Assembly (NCBI RefSeq): GCF_044704955.1
Contig: NW_027254394.1
Span: 186,001 to 250,000 of the forward strand
Source of the DNA: Pristiophorus japonicus
Taxonomy: Eukaryota
Length of the DNA: 64,000 nt
Reading direction: 5' to 3'
The notes under the pieces were generated by a model. It worked only from the letters and a program-made list of their open reading frames with translations, searched no databases and was not told the DNA's origin. Both the position numbers and the translations under genes were made by a program. Below, piece by piece: positions 52,364-64,000 of the stretch (position 1 is the first letter of the stretch; every line of letters starts with the position of its first letter).

Positions 52364-52711
52364 CGGTTACATTGAGCTGGGTCCCTGCTCCATAGATGTA
52401 GCTCCACACACTGCAGCTGTAGGCAGCAGTATCACTGAGGGACACATTCACGATGGTCAGAATGTAACTGTTACTGATGATGTTCCTGGAAGGCAGAAAA
52501 CGGTCGTGGAAACCCCAGGACTTGGTAATGGTGCCATTCACAAACTGGCTCATCACCCACTCGCTGTTGTTCCCGGGTCGCTGGCAGTGCCAGTGGACAT
52601 CAGCGTCACTCACACTGGCATTGTACATGGCACATTGTAACTGCACGGTTTCACCCTCTGGGACCTTGCTGACTGTTGGATGCTGAACAAGGACCGGATC
52701 AGCCAATGGAT
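52364..52711 (-). CDS. Receptor exon: Ig V domain 2 with germline-joined J-like strand (phase 1-1)
   Basis: Acceptor atttcccatgtacag|, donor |gtaagt, 348 nt. Encodes PLADPVLVQHPTVSKVPEGETVQLQCAMYNASVSDADVHWHCQRPGNNSEWVMSQFVNGTITKSWGFHDRFLPSRNIISNSYILTIVNVSLSDTAAYSCSVWSYIYGAGTQLNVT, clearly paralogous to V1. Confidence 0.93.
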
Positions 52712-52789
52712 CTGTACATGGGAAATATATGGAGTCTGACACAAAGAAATATATTTCTCCAGCGTTCAAAGCTTAACAATTTATAACAT

Positions 52790-53590
52790 TTGGAGTTAGA
52801 AGGTTATGGGTTCATGTCCCACTCCAGAGACTTCAGCACATATCTAGACATTCCAGTGCAGTATGGAGTGCAGTAGGCTGACACTCCCAGTGCAGTGCTG
52901 AGGGAGCGCTGCACTGTCCGAGGTGCCAGCTTTTGAATGAGTTGTTAAACCGAGGCCCCGTCTGCTCTCTCAAGTGGATGTAAAAGATCCCACGGCACTA
53001 TTTTGAAGAAGAGCAGGGAAGTTATCCCCAGTGCCCTGGCCATTATCACATTGCTGTTTATGGGAGCTTGCTGTGTGCAAAGTAGCTGCCGTGTTTCCTA
53101 CATTACAACAGTGTCTACATTTGAACAAGTACTTCATTGGCTGTAAAGTGCTTTGGGACATCATGAGGTCATGAAAAGCACTGTAGAAATTCAAATCTTT
53201 CTTTCTCAGAGTCAAAATTCGTGGGTTCAAGTCCCACTCCAGAGATCCCAGCACATATCTAGACACTCCAGTGCAGTATGGAGGGTGTGCTGCACTGTTG
53301 GAGGTGCTGTTATTGAAATGAGATGTCAAACCAAGATTGGCATCTCAGTTGGATGTAAAAGATCTCACGGCATTATTCGAAGATTAGCAGGGGAGTTCTC
53401 CCAGTGTCCAGGCCAACATTTATACCTAAAACACATGATCTGGCTATTTATTTAATCGCTGTTTGTGGGACCTTGTGTGTTTCCTAAATTACAACAGAGA
53501 CTACACTTCACATGTACTTCATTGGCTTATGTAAAGTGCTTTGGGACATCCCGAGACTGAAAGGCGCTATAGAAGTGCAGGTTCTTTCTC
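52790..53590 (+). mobile_element. Two tandem tRNA-derived SINEs
   Basis: B-box-like gggttcaagtcccactccagaga heads and a shared body (ggatgtaaaagatc...cattacaacag...aaagtgctttgggacatc). Confidence 0.75.
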
Positions 53591-53719
53591 TTAGTGTCTA
53601 TCCCTGGTGCCTCCAAAAGGCCAATGGAAGGCTGGGACCAGGCATATCCGGGTCCAGGAATAATTTGCAGCCCTCCCATGCACTCCAGGCAGAGTTATAG
53701 CAGCAGAGTGGGCGAGAGC

Positions 53720-56700
53720 TGTGGATAAGAACATAAGAAGTTACGGACATTGGAACAGGTTCTGGGGGAGGTGGGACCAGTACAAACCGGACGGTCTGCA
53801 CCTAGGCAGGACCGGAACCAATGTCCTGGGGGGAGTGTTTGCTCGTGCTGTTGGGGAGGAGTTAAACTAATATGGCGGGGGATGGGAACCAATGCAGGGA
53901 GACAGAGGGAAACAAAAAGGAGACAAAAGCAAAAGACAGAAAGGAGATGAGTAAAAGTGGAGGGCAGAGAAATCCAAGGCAAAAAACAAAAAGGGCCACT
54001 GAATATAAAGGGGCTGGAGGAAGGGTCAAAACTAAAAATCATGCTTTAAAAACTAGTCTTAAAACAGTCTACCTAAAAGCACGCGGCATTCGAAATAAAG
54101 TAAATGAGTTGACGGCACAAATCATTACAAATGGGTATGATTTGGTGGCCAATACAGAAATGTGGTTGCAAGACCAAGACTGGGAATTAAACATACAGGG
54201 GTATCTGGCGATTCGGAAAGATAGACAAGAAGGGAAAGGAGGTGGGGTAGCTCTGTTAATAAAGGATGATATCAGGGCAGTTGTGAGAGACGATATTGGC
54301 TCTAATGAACAAAATGTTGAATCATTGTGGGTGGAGATTAGAGATAGTAAGGGGAAAAAGTCACTTATAGGCCCCCAAATAATAACTTCACGGTGGGGCG
54401 GGCAATAATCAAGGGAATAATGGAGGCATGTGAAAAAGGAATAGCAGTAATCATGGGGGGGATTTTAACCTACTGATCGATTGGTCAAATCAAATCGCAC
54501 GGGGTAGCCTGGAGGAGGAATTCATAGAATGCATATGGGATTGTTTCTGAGAACAGTATGATACAGAACCTACAAGGGAGCAAGCTATCTTAGATCTGGT
54601 CCTGTGTAATGAGACAGGAATAATAAATGATCTCCTCATAAAAGATCCTCGCGGAACGAGTGATCACAGTATGGTTGAATTTGTAATACAGATTGAGGGT
54701 GAGGAAGTAGTGTCTCAAACGAGCGTACTATGCTTAAACAAAGGGGACTACAGTGGGATGAGGGCAGAGTTGGCTAAAGTAGACTGGAAACACAGACTAA
54801 ATGGTGGCACAATTGAGGAACAGTGGAGGACTTTTAAGGAGCTCTTTCATAGTGCTCAACAAAAATATATTCCAGTGAAAAAGAAGGGCGGTAAGAGAAG
54901 GGATAACCAGCCGTGGATAACCAAGGAAATAAAGGAGAGTATCAAATTAAAAACCAATGCGTATAAGGTGGCCAAGGTTAGTGGGAAACTAGAAGATTGG
55001 GAAAATTTTAAACGACAGCAAAGAATGACTAAGAAAGCAATAAAGAAAGGAAAGATAGATTACGAAGGTAAACTTGCGCAAAACATAAAAACGGATAGTA
55101 AAAGCTTTTACAGATATATAAAATGGAAAAGAGTGACAAAAGTAAATGCTGGTCCCTTAGAAGATGAGAAGGGGGATTTAATAATGGGAAATGTGGAAAT
55201 GGCTGAGACTTTAAATAATTATTTTGCTTCGGTCTTCACAGTGGAAGACACAAAAACCATGCCAAAAATTGCTGGTCACGGGAATGTGGGAAGGGAGGCC
55301 TTGAGACAATCACTATCACTAGGGGGGTAGTGCTGGACAGGCGAATGGGACTCAAGGTAGACAAGTCCCCTGGTCCTGATGAAATGCATCCCAGGGTATT
55401 AAAAGAGATGGCGGAAGTTATAGCAGATACATTCGTTATAATCTACCAAAATTCTCTGGACTCTGGGGAGGTACCAGCGGATTGGAAAGCAGCTAATGTA
55501 ACGCCTCTGTTTAAAAAAGGGGGCAGACAAAAGGCAGGTAACTATAGGCTGGTTAGTTTAACATTTGTAGTGGGAAAATGCTTGAAACTATCATTCAGGA
55601 AGAAATAGCGGGACATCTAGATAGGAATAGTGCAATCAAGCAGACGCAGCATGGATTCATGAAGGGGAAATCATGTTTAACTAATTTACTGGAATTCTTT
55701 GAGGATATAACGAGCATGGTGGATAGAGGTGTACCGATGGATGTGGTGTATTTAGATTTTCAAAAGGCATTCGATAAGGTGCAACACAAAAGGTTACTGT
55801 AGAAGATAAAAGTACGCGGAGTGAGATGAAATGTATGAGCATGGATCGAGAATTGGCTGGCTAACAGAAAGCAGAGAGTCGAGATAAATGGGTCCTTTTC
55901 AGGTTGGAAATCGGTGTTAGTGGTGTGCCACAGGGATCGGTGCTGGGACCACAACTGTTTACAATATACACAGATGACCTGGAAGAGAGGACAGAGTGCA
56001 GTGTAACAAAATTTGCAGATGACACAAAGATTAGTGGGAAAGCGGTTGTGTCGAGAACACAGAGAGGCTGCAAAGAAATTTAGATAGGTTAAGCAAATGG
56101 GCTAAGCTTTGGCAGATGGAATACAATGTCGGAAAGTGTGAGGTCATCCACCTTGGGAACAAAAACAGTAAAAGGGAATATTATTTGAATGGGGAGAAAT
56201 TACAACATGCTGTTAGGCAGAGGGACTTGGGGGTCCTTGTGCATGGATCCCAAAAAGTTAGTTTGCAGGTGCAGCAGGTAATCAGGAAGGCGAATGGAAT
56301 GTTGGCCTTCATTGCGAGAGGGATGGAGTACAAAAGCAGGGAGGTCCTTTTGCAACTGTATAGGGTATTGGTGAGGCCGCACCTGGAGTACTGCGTGCAG
56401 TTTTGGTCACCTTACTAAAGGAAGGATTTACTAGCTTGAAGCGGGTACAGAGGCTGATTCCGGAGATGAGGGGGTTACCTGATGATGATAGATTGAGTAG
56501 AGTGGGTCTTTACTCGTTGGAGTTCAGAAGGATGAGGGGTGATCTTATTAGAAACATTTAAAATAATGAAAGGGATAGACAAGATAGAGGCAGAGAGGTT
56601 CGGGGAGACTTGTACTAGGGGGCACAGCCTCAAAATATGGGGGAGCAAATTTAAAACCGAGTTGAGAAGGAATTTCTTCTCCCAGAGGGTTGTGAATCTG

Positions 56701-56930
56701 TGGAATTCTCTGCCCAAGGAAGCAGTTGAGGCTAGCTCATTGAATGTATTCAAGTCACAGATGGATAGATTTTTAACCAATAAGGGAATTAAGGGTTATG
56801 GGGAGCGGGCGGGTAAGTGGAGCTGAGTCCACGGCCAGATCAGCCATGATCTTGTTGAATGGCGGAGCAGGCTCGAGGGGCTAGATGGCCTACTCCTGTT
56901 CCTAATTCTTATGTTCTTCTGTTCTTATGT
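53720..56930 (+). mobile_element. Long CR1 LINE copy (ORF2 endonuclease + RT, frameshifted) with 3' tail
   Basis: APE motifs (ARGIRNK, TEMWL, GKGGGVALLIK), RT motifs (KSPGPDEMHPRVLKE, LDFQKAFDKV, FADDTK) and tail ttcttatgttctt. Confidence 0.94.
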
Positions 56931-57289
56931 AGGAGGAGGAGTAGGCCATTTGGCTCCTCGAGCCTGCTCCGCCATTCAATAAGATCATGGCTAATCCGAT
57001 CATGGACTCAGCTCAACTTTTCTGCCCATCTCCGGAATCAACCTGGTGAACCTTCTCTGAACAGCCTCCAATGCAAGTCTATCCTTCCGTAAATACGGAG
57101 ACTAAAACTGCACGCAGTACTCCAGGTGTGGCCTCACCATACCCTGTGTAGAAGTGTGACGATAGAATTAGATTAGTTCTCACTGGAGCAGGGATATTTC
57201 ATTGAGAGAGGACATGAAGCAGGTTTTTAAATGCTGAAAATAGACTGGGGTATAGAGGGCATAATTTCAAAGTTTGCAGATGAGGAGGA

Positions 57290-58140
57290 AAGCAGCAGCC
57301 TCCAGGAGGACTGGTGAAATGGGCAGATACATGGCAGATGCAATTTAATGCAGAGAAGTGTGAAGTGATGCATTTTGGAAGGAAAAATGAGGAATGGTAA
57401 TATGAACTAAATGGTGCAATTATAAAGTGGGTGCAGGAACAGGGAGCCCTGGGGGTTCACATACACAAATCTTCATAGTGGCAGGACAAGTTGATGAGGC
57501 TTTAAAAGAGCTAAAAAACCCTGGGTTTATAAATCGAGGTGTAGAGTACAAAAGCAAGGAAGTGATGCTAAACCTCCATACATCACTGGTTAGGCCTCAG
57601 CTGGACTATTGTGTCCAATTCTGGGCACCACACTTTAGGAACGATGTCAAGGCCTTGGCGAGGGTGCAGAGGAGATTTACTAGAATGTGACCAGAGATGA
57701 GGGACTTCAGTTATGTGGAGAGACTGAAGAAGTTAGGATTGTTCTCCTTAGAGCAGTGAAGTCACAGGGGAATTTAATCGAGGCGTTCAAAATTCTGAGG
57801 GGTTTTGCTGGAGTAAATGAGGATGAAATGTTTCCAGTGTGGGGAGGATCAGTAACCAGAGCACACAGATTGACGATAATTAACAAAAGTACCAGGGGGG
57901 AGGGGGGAAAGAGATGAGAATTCCTTTTTACGCAGCGAGTTGCTGTGATCTGGAATGCGCTGCCTGAAAGGGCGGTGGAAGATTCAATAGTAACTTTCAA
58001 AATGGAATTGGATAAATATTTGAAAAGGAATAAAATTGCAGGGCTGTGGGGAAAGAGCAGGGGCAGTGGGAATAATTGGATCGTTCTTTCAAAGAGCCAG
58101 CACGGGCACGATGGGCCGAATGGCCTCTTTCTGTGCTGTA
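57290..58140 (+). mobile_element. Old CR1 3' fragment
   Basis: LVRPQLDYCVQFWAPHFRNDVKALARVQRRFTRM, IWNALPERAVE. Confidence 0.85.
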
Positions 58141-58534
58141 AGATTATATAAAAGCTTGGATAATACAAGTGTAAACTTTATCAAAGTTTGATTCAAACAG
58201 AAGGAAGTCGGAGCATAAAACTGGTCAATGGGACTGTGGAGCGAGAACAGCTTGTATTGTGAGACAGCAAGTACCTAAAATATACAGCGCATGGTGTTTG
58301 TCTCAATGTTATACCAGTGATGGTCATCCCTGCCCTACTTCAATAACTGCACTTGGTGCGAGGGGGAACACATCCTCTGCCCAGAACATCGCAAATCCCA
58401 GCCAAACAATTTTTATAGAATTAACCACAAATCATTATTTCAGGTGAATTTACAAAAAATGAACAAATCCTGTCGGGAGCGGAAAGGAGCAGCATAAAAA
58501 TCAACTTAGGAATTAAATCGAGGGTAAGGGAGGG

Positions 58535-59122
58535 ATATGTGGGTGGGGGAGGGGAGGGGATGTGCGGAGACATGGGGATGTGGGTGGGGGAGGGGGGATG
58601 TGGGTGGGGGAGGAGACGTGGGGGAGGAGACGTGGGGGAGGGGGGATGTGGGTGGGGGAGGGGGGAAGTGGGTTGGGGAGGGGACGTGGGGGAGCAGGAT
58701 GTGGGTGGCGGAGAGGGGGCGTTGGTGGGGGAGGGGACGTGAGGGAGGGGGAGGGGACGTGGGGGAGGGGGAGGGGACGTGGGGGAGGGGACGTGGGGGA
58801 GGGAGAAGGGACGTGGGGAGGGGGAGGGGTGATGTGGTTGGGGGGGACGTGGGGGAGGGGTGATGTGGGTGGGGGACGACGTGGGGGAGGGGTGATGTGG
58901 GTGGGGGAGAGGACGTGGGGGAGGGGGAGGGGTGATGTGTGTGGGGGAGGGGACGTGGGGGAGGGGGAGGGGTGATTGGATGGGGGAGGGGACGTGGGGG
59001 AGGGGGAGGGGTGATGTGGGTGGGGGAGAGGACGTGGGGGAGGGGGAGGGGTGATTGGATGGGGGAGGGGACGTGGGGGAGGGGGAGGGGTGATGTGGTG
59101 GGGGGGATGTGGGGGAGGGGGA
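58535..59122. repeat. G-rich degenerate repeat (GGGGAGGGGACGTG / GGTGATGTG)
   Basis: Read directly from the sequence. Confidence 0.9.
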
Positions 59123-59740
59123 GATCAGCACAGCCCGGGTTCAGCTTTCCCGATGTGAAACTTTGAATGGGCCGCGCCGCCCGTTAAAGGGACCATGCAT
59201 CAAAAAGCAAATGCAGGGTAACACTGACGGGGATATGTGTGGGTGTGAATGGTAACTTGGGCAAGGAGTCAGGGCCTGTGGACTGGACCATCACGAGGAG
59301 AAAATAGGTGCAGATAAATGTGAGAAATGATTGCAAAACTATCTGCTGCTGAGTTGCACTGTGACGGATTACTGGCACTTTAACGTTTAGTAATGTTGAA
59401 TTTTAAAAGAATCGAATCGCCTTAGAATTCCTAATCCCTGTCAGTGTAAGTGAAATCACACTTTAGGCGAAACAATATATTTCCATCAAGTTTGGGAAGC
59501 TTCTGTGTTCTATTGAGAAGTGAAGTGTGTATAAGAGGGATCCCACAATGCCGTGCTCCCAGTGAGAAGCCACAGTCCCATGGAATGTGGGTCAGATATA
59601 GGGCCACAACATCACAGCCCCAATTCTCCAGTCCATGCTCCCAGTGTGTGTGTGCCTCTCGACTGGGAGTGTATTGTTGTAAAATTACCCTCTCTGTAGT
59701 AATGCTATTATGAATAAAACCAAATGTAACTTATACTTAC

Positions 59741-60085
59741 TGGTTACATTGAGCTGGGTTCCGCTCCCGCTGATATCGCCCCACACTTTACAGTAATAGG
59801 CGGCAGTGTCACTGGGCTGCACGTCTGTGACTGTCAGAATGAAGCTGTTATTGGAGGTGTCTCTGGAAGGCTGGAGACGGTCAGTGGAACCTGGGCTCCC
59901 TCGTGTGCTGCCACTTGCCTCATGTGTTAAAACCCACTCCGTATCTTGCCCCGGTAGTTGCCGGTACCAGTGGACATCGGTGTCACTCACTCTGGCGTTC
60001 CGCATGGTGCACTGTAACCTCGCCGTGTGACCCTCTGTGACACGTTCCAGGCTCGGAGACTGGGTCAGGACAGGGACAACTGCAC
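59741..60085 (-). CDS. Receptor exon: Ig V domain 1 with germline-joined J-like strand (phase 1-1)
   Basis: Acceptor ttttcccattaaag|, donor |gtaagt, 345 nt. Encodes AVVPVLTQSPSLERVTEGHTARLQCTMRNARVSDTDVHWYRQLPGQDTEWVLTHEASGSTRGSPGSTDRLQPSRDTSNNSFILTVTDVQPSDTAAYYCKVWGDISGSGTQLNVT, with B-strand Cys, WYRQ, DTAAYYC and GxGTxLxV. Confidence 0.93.
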
Positions 60086-60434
60086 CTTTAATGGGAAAAT
60101 ATCAATCACTTAAAAACCGGTCTGAAGGTTGATAAATGTCTGAAATGTTTCAATGAAAACTGCAGGCAGCTCACCTGAGCTTCAGTAAATTCTAAACAAC
60201 TGATCATTATATGGCCTGATATGAAAAGCTCCAGGATTTCTTTGCTTCATGCATACAGCTGCCTCTGCCACTTCCTCCCCAACCTCCCCGAGTCTTCCTC
60301 CCTGATCCCCATCACTGCAGATTCTCCCCAATCTCCCTCCCATGCCTTCTCTTCACTTATTTCCCAAATGATGCTCACACCCTGGCCAAGTGATTTCTTC
60401 TCCATACACCTCCTGACTCCTCTTTATCCCTTAC

Positions 60435-63160
60435 TGTCATGTGTCTGACATGTTACTGCTTACACTATTACAAGGTATGCCACCAGAGGGAACCGCAGTG
60501 GGAGACTTGCAAGTTACCTGTACAGGTGTGCCTGACCTAGTATAAAAGGCAGACCACCAGGTGTGATCCTCACTCTGGAGTTACCAATAAAGGACTAAGG
60601 TCACTACAGTTCAAGTACAACACATTGCCTCATGCAATCATTGTCAGCGTATCTAAAGATAACAATTGGCGACGAGATTAGGAACCTTCACGTGAAAATG
60701 GCTACCCTTGGTACATTGCAGCAGTTTGCCGATGCTGATGATTGGGATGTCTTTGTGGAGAGGCTCGATCATTTCTTCACAGCAAAGACCTGGCAGGAGA
60801 AAACCCGGCCACACTGGCTGATAAGTGCAGAGCTATCCTGCTAACCAGTTGTGGGCCCATCATCTATGACCTTGTCAGGGACTTGCTGGCACCAGCGAAG
60901 ACAACGACCAAGACGTACAAGGAGCTTGTAACGCTGATCCAAGAGCAACTGAAGCCCAAGGAGAGCATCCTCACAGCCAGACACTGGTTCAGCACCCACC
61001 GACGGCCAAGAAATTGCAAAATATGCTGCAGACCTCAGGAGGCTGGTGGCACCGTGTGATTTTGGCGACCACATCACTGAAGCGCTGCGAGACATTTTTG
61101 TCATTGGAATCGGCCATGAGAGCCTTCTTCATTAGCTACTGTCTGCGGATACCACAGTCACACTGCAGAAGGCCATCTCTGTGAGCCAGACATTCATGAC
61201 CTCGACCTGCGTTTCTAGGCAGATGGCCCATCCTCAGGACTCAAACCCTGCAAGTACTATGCACAGAGTGGCGTCTTTTAGAGGCTGGACTGTAGAACGT
61301 GAACCTTCTCAGGGAAGAGAGAACAGACCCCTGAGGCCCTTAACTCAGAGTTCGCCGAGGGGCACTAACCGAGTAGCTCCATTCTGGCATTGCGGAGGGA
61401 ATCACAGGGCTCACCAGTGCCGTTTTAAAGACTGTGTGTAAAGGCTGCAGCACAAAGGGCCACCTCAAGCGAATGTGTAAGAGAAATATGACTCACTGTG
61501 TCGATGAAGAGTCTGCAGATGGCCATGAATCCAGCGTAGATTATGAAACGATAGGCAGAGAGGCAGCTTAGCCCCATGATGAGCTGTATAGCACGTTTAC
61601 CTACATCACCGAAGGTTCCCCATTGAGGATGGAAGTTGAGATAGATGGTGTTCCAGTCTTCATGGAAGTGGACACAGGGGCGAGCCAGTCAGTAATGAAT
61701 CAAGAAACCTTTGAGAGGTTATGGGACAATCAGGCTGAATGAACCAAGTTGGTCCTGGTTCAGGCAAAGCTGCGCACCTGCACCGATGAACTTATCCCAG
61801 TTGTTGGTACTGCGAATGTAAAGGTACTCCATGATGGCGTGGTGCACAAGTTACCTCTGTGGATTGTTGCAGGTGATGCACCAATGCTACTCGGAAGAAG
61901 GTGGATGGAGAAGATCCATTGCAAGTGGGAGGACTTCATCCCTCCAGCAATCGACATCCTCCGCGCTCGGAGGCACAGCAAGCCCTCACTTGAGGGTGGA
62001 CCCGGCATCAGCAAGCAGACCAGCACAGCACCCGAGGCACAGACCGCTCAGCACGTGGAGATGATCCAGCTGAGACAACCCGAACACACCTTCCAGGCTC
62101 CAGTGGCAGGACTCCGGAGGAAGAAAATTGGATCCGAAGGCGACTTCCCAGCTTCGGTGGCAGATCCCGGGGAGAAGAGGATCACCGCAGTCGACATCGT
62201 GGATGGAGGGAAGATGGCGCCCAAACCACGAGGTGATGCGCCGAAGAAAAAGATGGCGACGGCCAGACCACGAGGTGCTGCGCTGATGGAGCAACACGTG
62301 GCACCAGAGAAGAGGATTGGGGTAAAGATGGCAAAGCTCTCTTAAAGGAGGCCTGCAACCCACCACACTTAAAGGGACTGTTCCACATTTTCAAACAATG
62401 TAATGTCAACGGTGAGCCAGATGTAAGATGTGAAATTGATGATCAGCGTTGTGTACATGCAATAAACAAAGAAAAGGTGCGTGATCACGATCGGAGCTAC
62501 AAGTTATTTATAATGAGTAATGAAACGTTGTGCGATGTAGGATTTCAACTGCACTCAACCAATGCAGTGGGCAGACACCAATCGGGAGCACACAGGTCCA
62601 GTGAGCTACCCAATGTAGTAGCCTGCGTCCCTGGGGCCAGAGTTGTGCACCATGGCGTGTCACCTCAAATGTAATGCAAACTTGTTTTTCTGGTCTTGAA
62701 TGTATATGAATGCAATGAACCTCCGGCATAATCTATATGTGGGGGGAGAGAATGGAGTGGTCATGGACACACACACAAACAGTAACCACCAGCACTCTAC
62801 TGCCAACGAAACACCAACCACTCACCCAAAATAGAAACGACCCGCCAAGGGTCAACCAGATAGAGCTAAGCCCAGAGCACAGTCAATGCAGAGGCGATTT
62901 GCACTAAAGGCTTGGGGGAGAGCGATGTCATGTACCCGACATGGTTACTGCTTGCACTATTACAAGGTGTGCCACCAGAGGGCACTGCAGTGGGAGACTT
63001 GTAGGTTACCTGTACAGGTGTGCCTGGCCCAGTATAAAAGGCAGGCCACCAGGTGTAATCCTCACGCTGGAGTTATCAATAAAGGACTAAGGTCACTACA
63101 GTTCAAGTACAACACACTGCCTCGTGGAGTCATTATCAGAGCATCGAAAAAGACATAACA
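60435..63160 (+). mobile_element. Non-autonomous Gypsy-derived LTR element (gag + protease only)
   Basis: LTRs 60435-60664 and 62926-63160; PBS TGGCGACGAG (60667-60676); PPT gggggagagcga; flanks CTTAC/TTTAC. Degenerate gag and MEVDTGASQS protease; no RT or integrase motifs seen. Confidence 0.88.
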
Positions 63161-63746
63161 TTTACTGTGTAGCTCACACTACTAGTGACTTTCCTCAAAC
63201 ATTCAAAACCAGTCATCAATCCCCTCCTCAAACAAGCCACCCACCCGCCTGTCCTCTCTGCCTGCTGACCCATCTTCACCTAAACTCCAAGCCCAACCCT
63301 CTCAATGCTGCCTGTTCCAATCTGTCCAGTCCAATTCCAGCTCACAGCATTGAAGTGGCCCTGCCCAAGGTCACACCTGATACCCTACAACACTGACATC
63401 CTTATCCATGCTCCTGTCACCTCTGGCCTTGATGGCTCCAATGCTCTCATTGCTGGCCTCACATCCTCAGTCGCTCATATCCTGTCCCACAGGAAATCCT
63501 CCTCACTGTCATCGTACAGAGGCTCCCTGTCCCTCAATGCACTAAATATAAACTCTTGTCCTCAGCTTCAAATCTCTGACTGGCCTTGTCCCACCTCCAA
63601 CCTTCTGTAACCTCCTCCAGGCCGATAACCCCGGCACTCTTTGCTTCTTTAACTGTGCATTCACTCCCCCTTCCCCTCCCCCCATTGGTGGAAAAGCCTT
63701 TCATTGCCTCAGCCCGACTCCCTCGAGCTCCCTCGCTAAACCCCTC

Positions 63747-63960
63747 TGTAATGCATTTACTTCTTGGGTTCTTTGCTATCAAGAACTAGTTGGTTTATTA
63801 ACAAAGGTTTAACAATCCCACTACACATTACCAGTTCATCCACGAGGCTCACAACTGCATACCTCATCGTGGATGACCTGGGCCCAACTGATTGGGGTTT
63901 TATTGAGTCTTGTCAACATCACATGACTGGCTAAGCCACTCACAATGCAACAGTTCTACA
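63747..63960. mobile_element. Possible solo LTR
   Basis: About 214 bp bounded by TGTAA...CTACA with AATAAA motifs on the minus strand; no TSD found. Confidence 0.3.
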
Positions 63961-64000
63961 CTATTTTAAGTAGAAACTTTAAATCAAGTTCCTGGAACAG

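Noticed and set aside
60175-60207. Possible leader exon MISCLEFTEAQ|gtgagc upstream of V1
   Set aside because: It ends in phase 0 while V1 needs phase 1, has no hydrophobic core, and the phase-1 frame contains a stop.

Overview
Vertebrate genomic DNA, most likely a cartilaginous fish (inferred from the CR1, L2 and SINE families). It is mostly repeats: five Gypsy/Metaviridae LTR elements (one full-length with a 5-bp TSD), many CR1 and L2 LINE fragments, SINEs, Harbinger remnants, five large tandem arrays and assembly gaps. Among the repeats on the minus strand lies one multi-exon gene that the ORF track only partly shows. Seven GT-AG exons with matching phases (60085-59741, 52711-52364, 50779-50635, 41054-41011, 40618-40589, 24669-24626, 15635-15516) splice into an uninterrupted ~358-aa frame. 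It encodes a type I receptor with two Ig V domains, each carrying a germline-fused J-like GxGTQLNV strand and no RSS, an uncharged TM helix, and a tail with PVYATV, an ITIM (LYYADI) and an ITSM (TEYAAI). This looks like a non-rearranging, antigen-receptor-like VJ-VJ inhibitory receptor. No leader exon was found, so it probably lies beyond base 64000. A second notable signal is a CR1 copy (47540-48415) with dense strand-specific A>G change, consistent with ADAR-hyperedited RNA fixed by retrotransposition.
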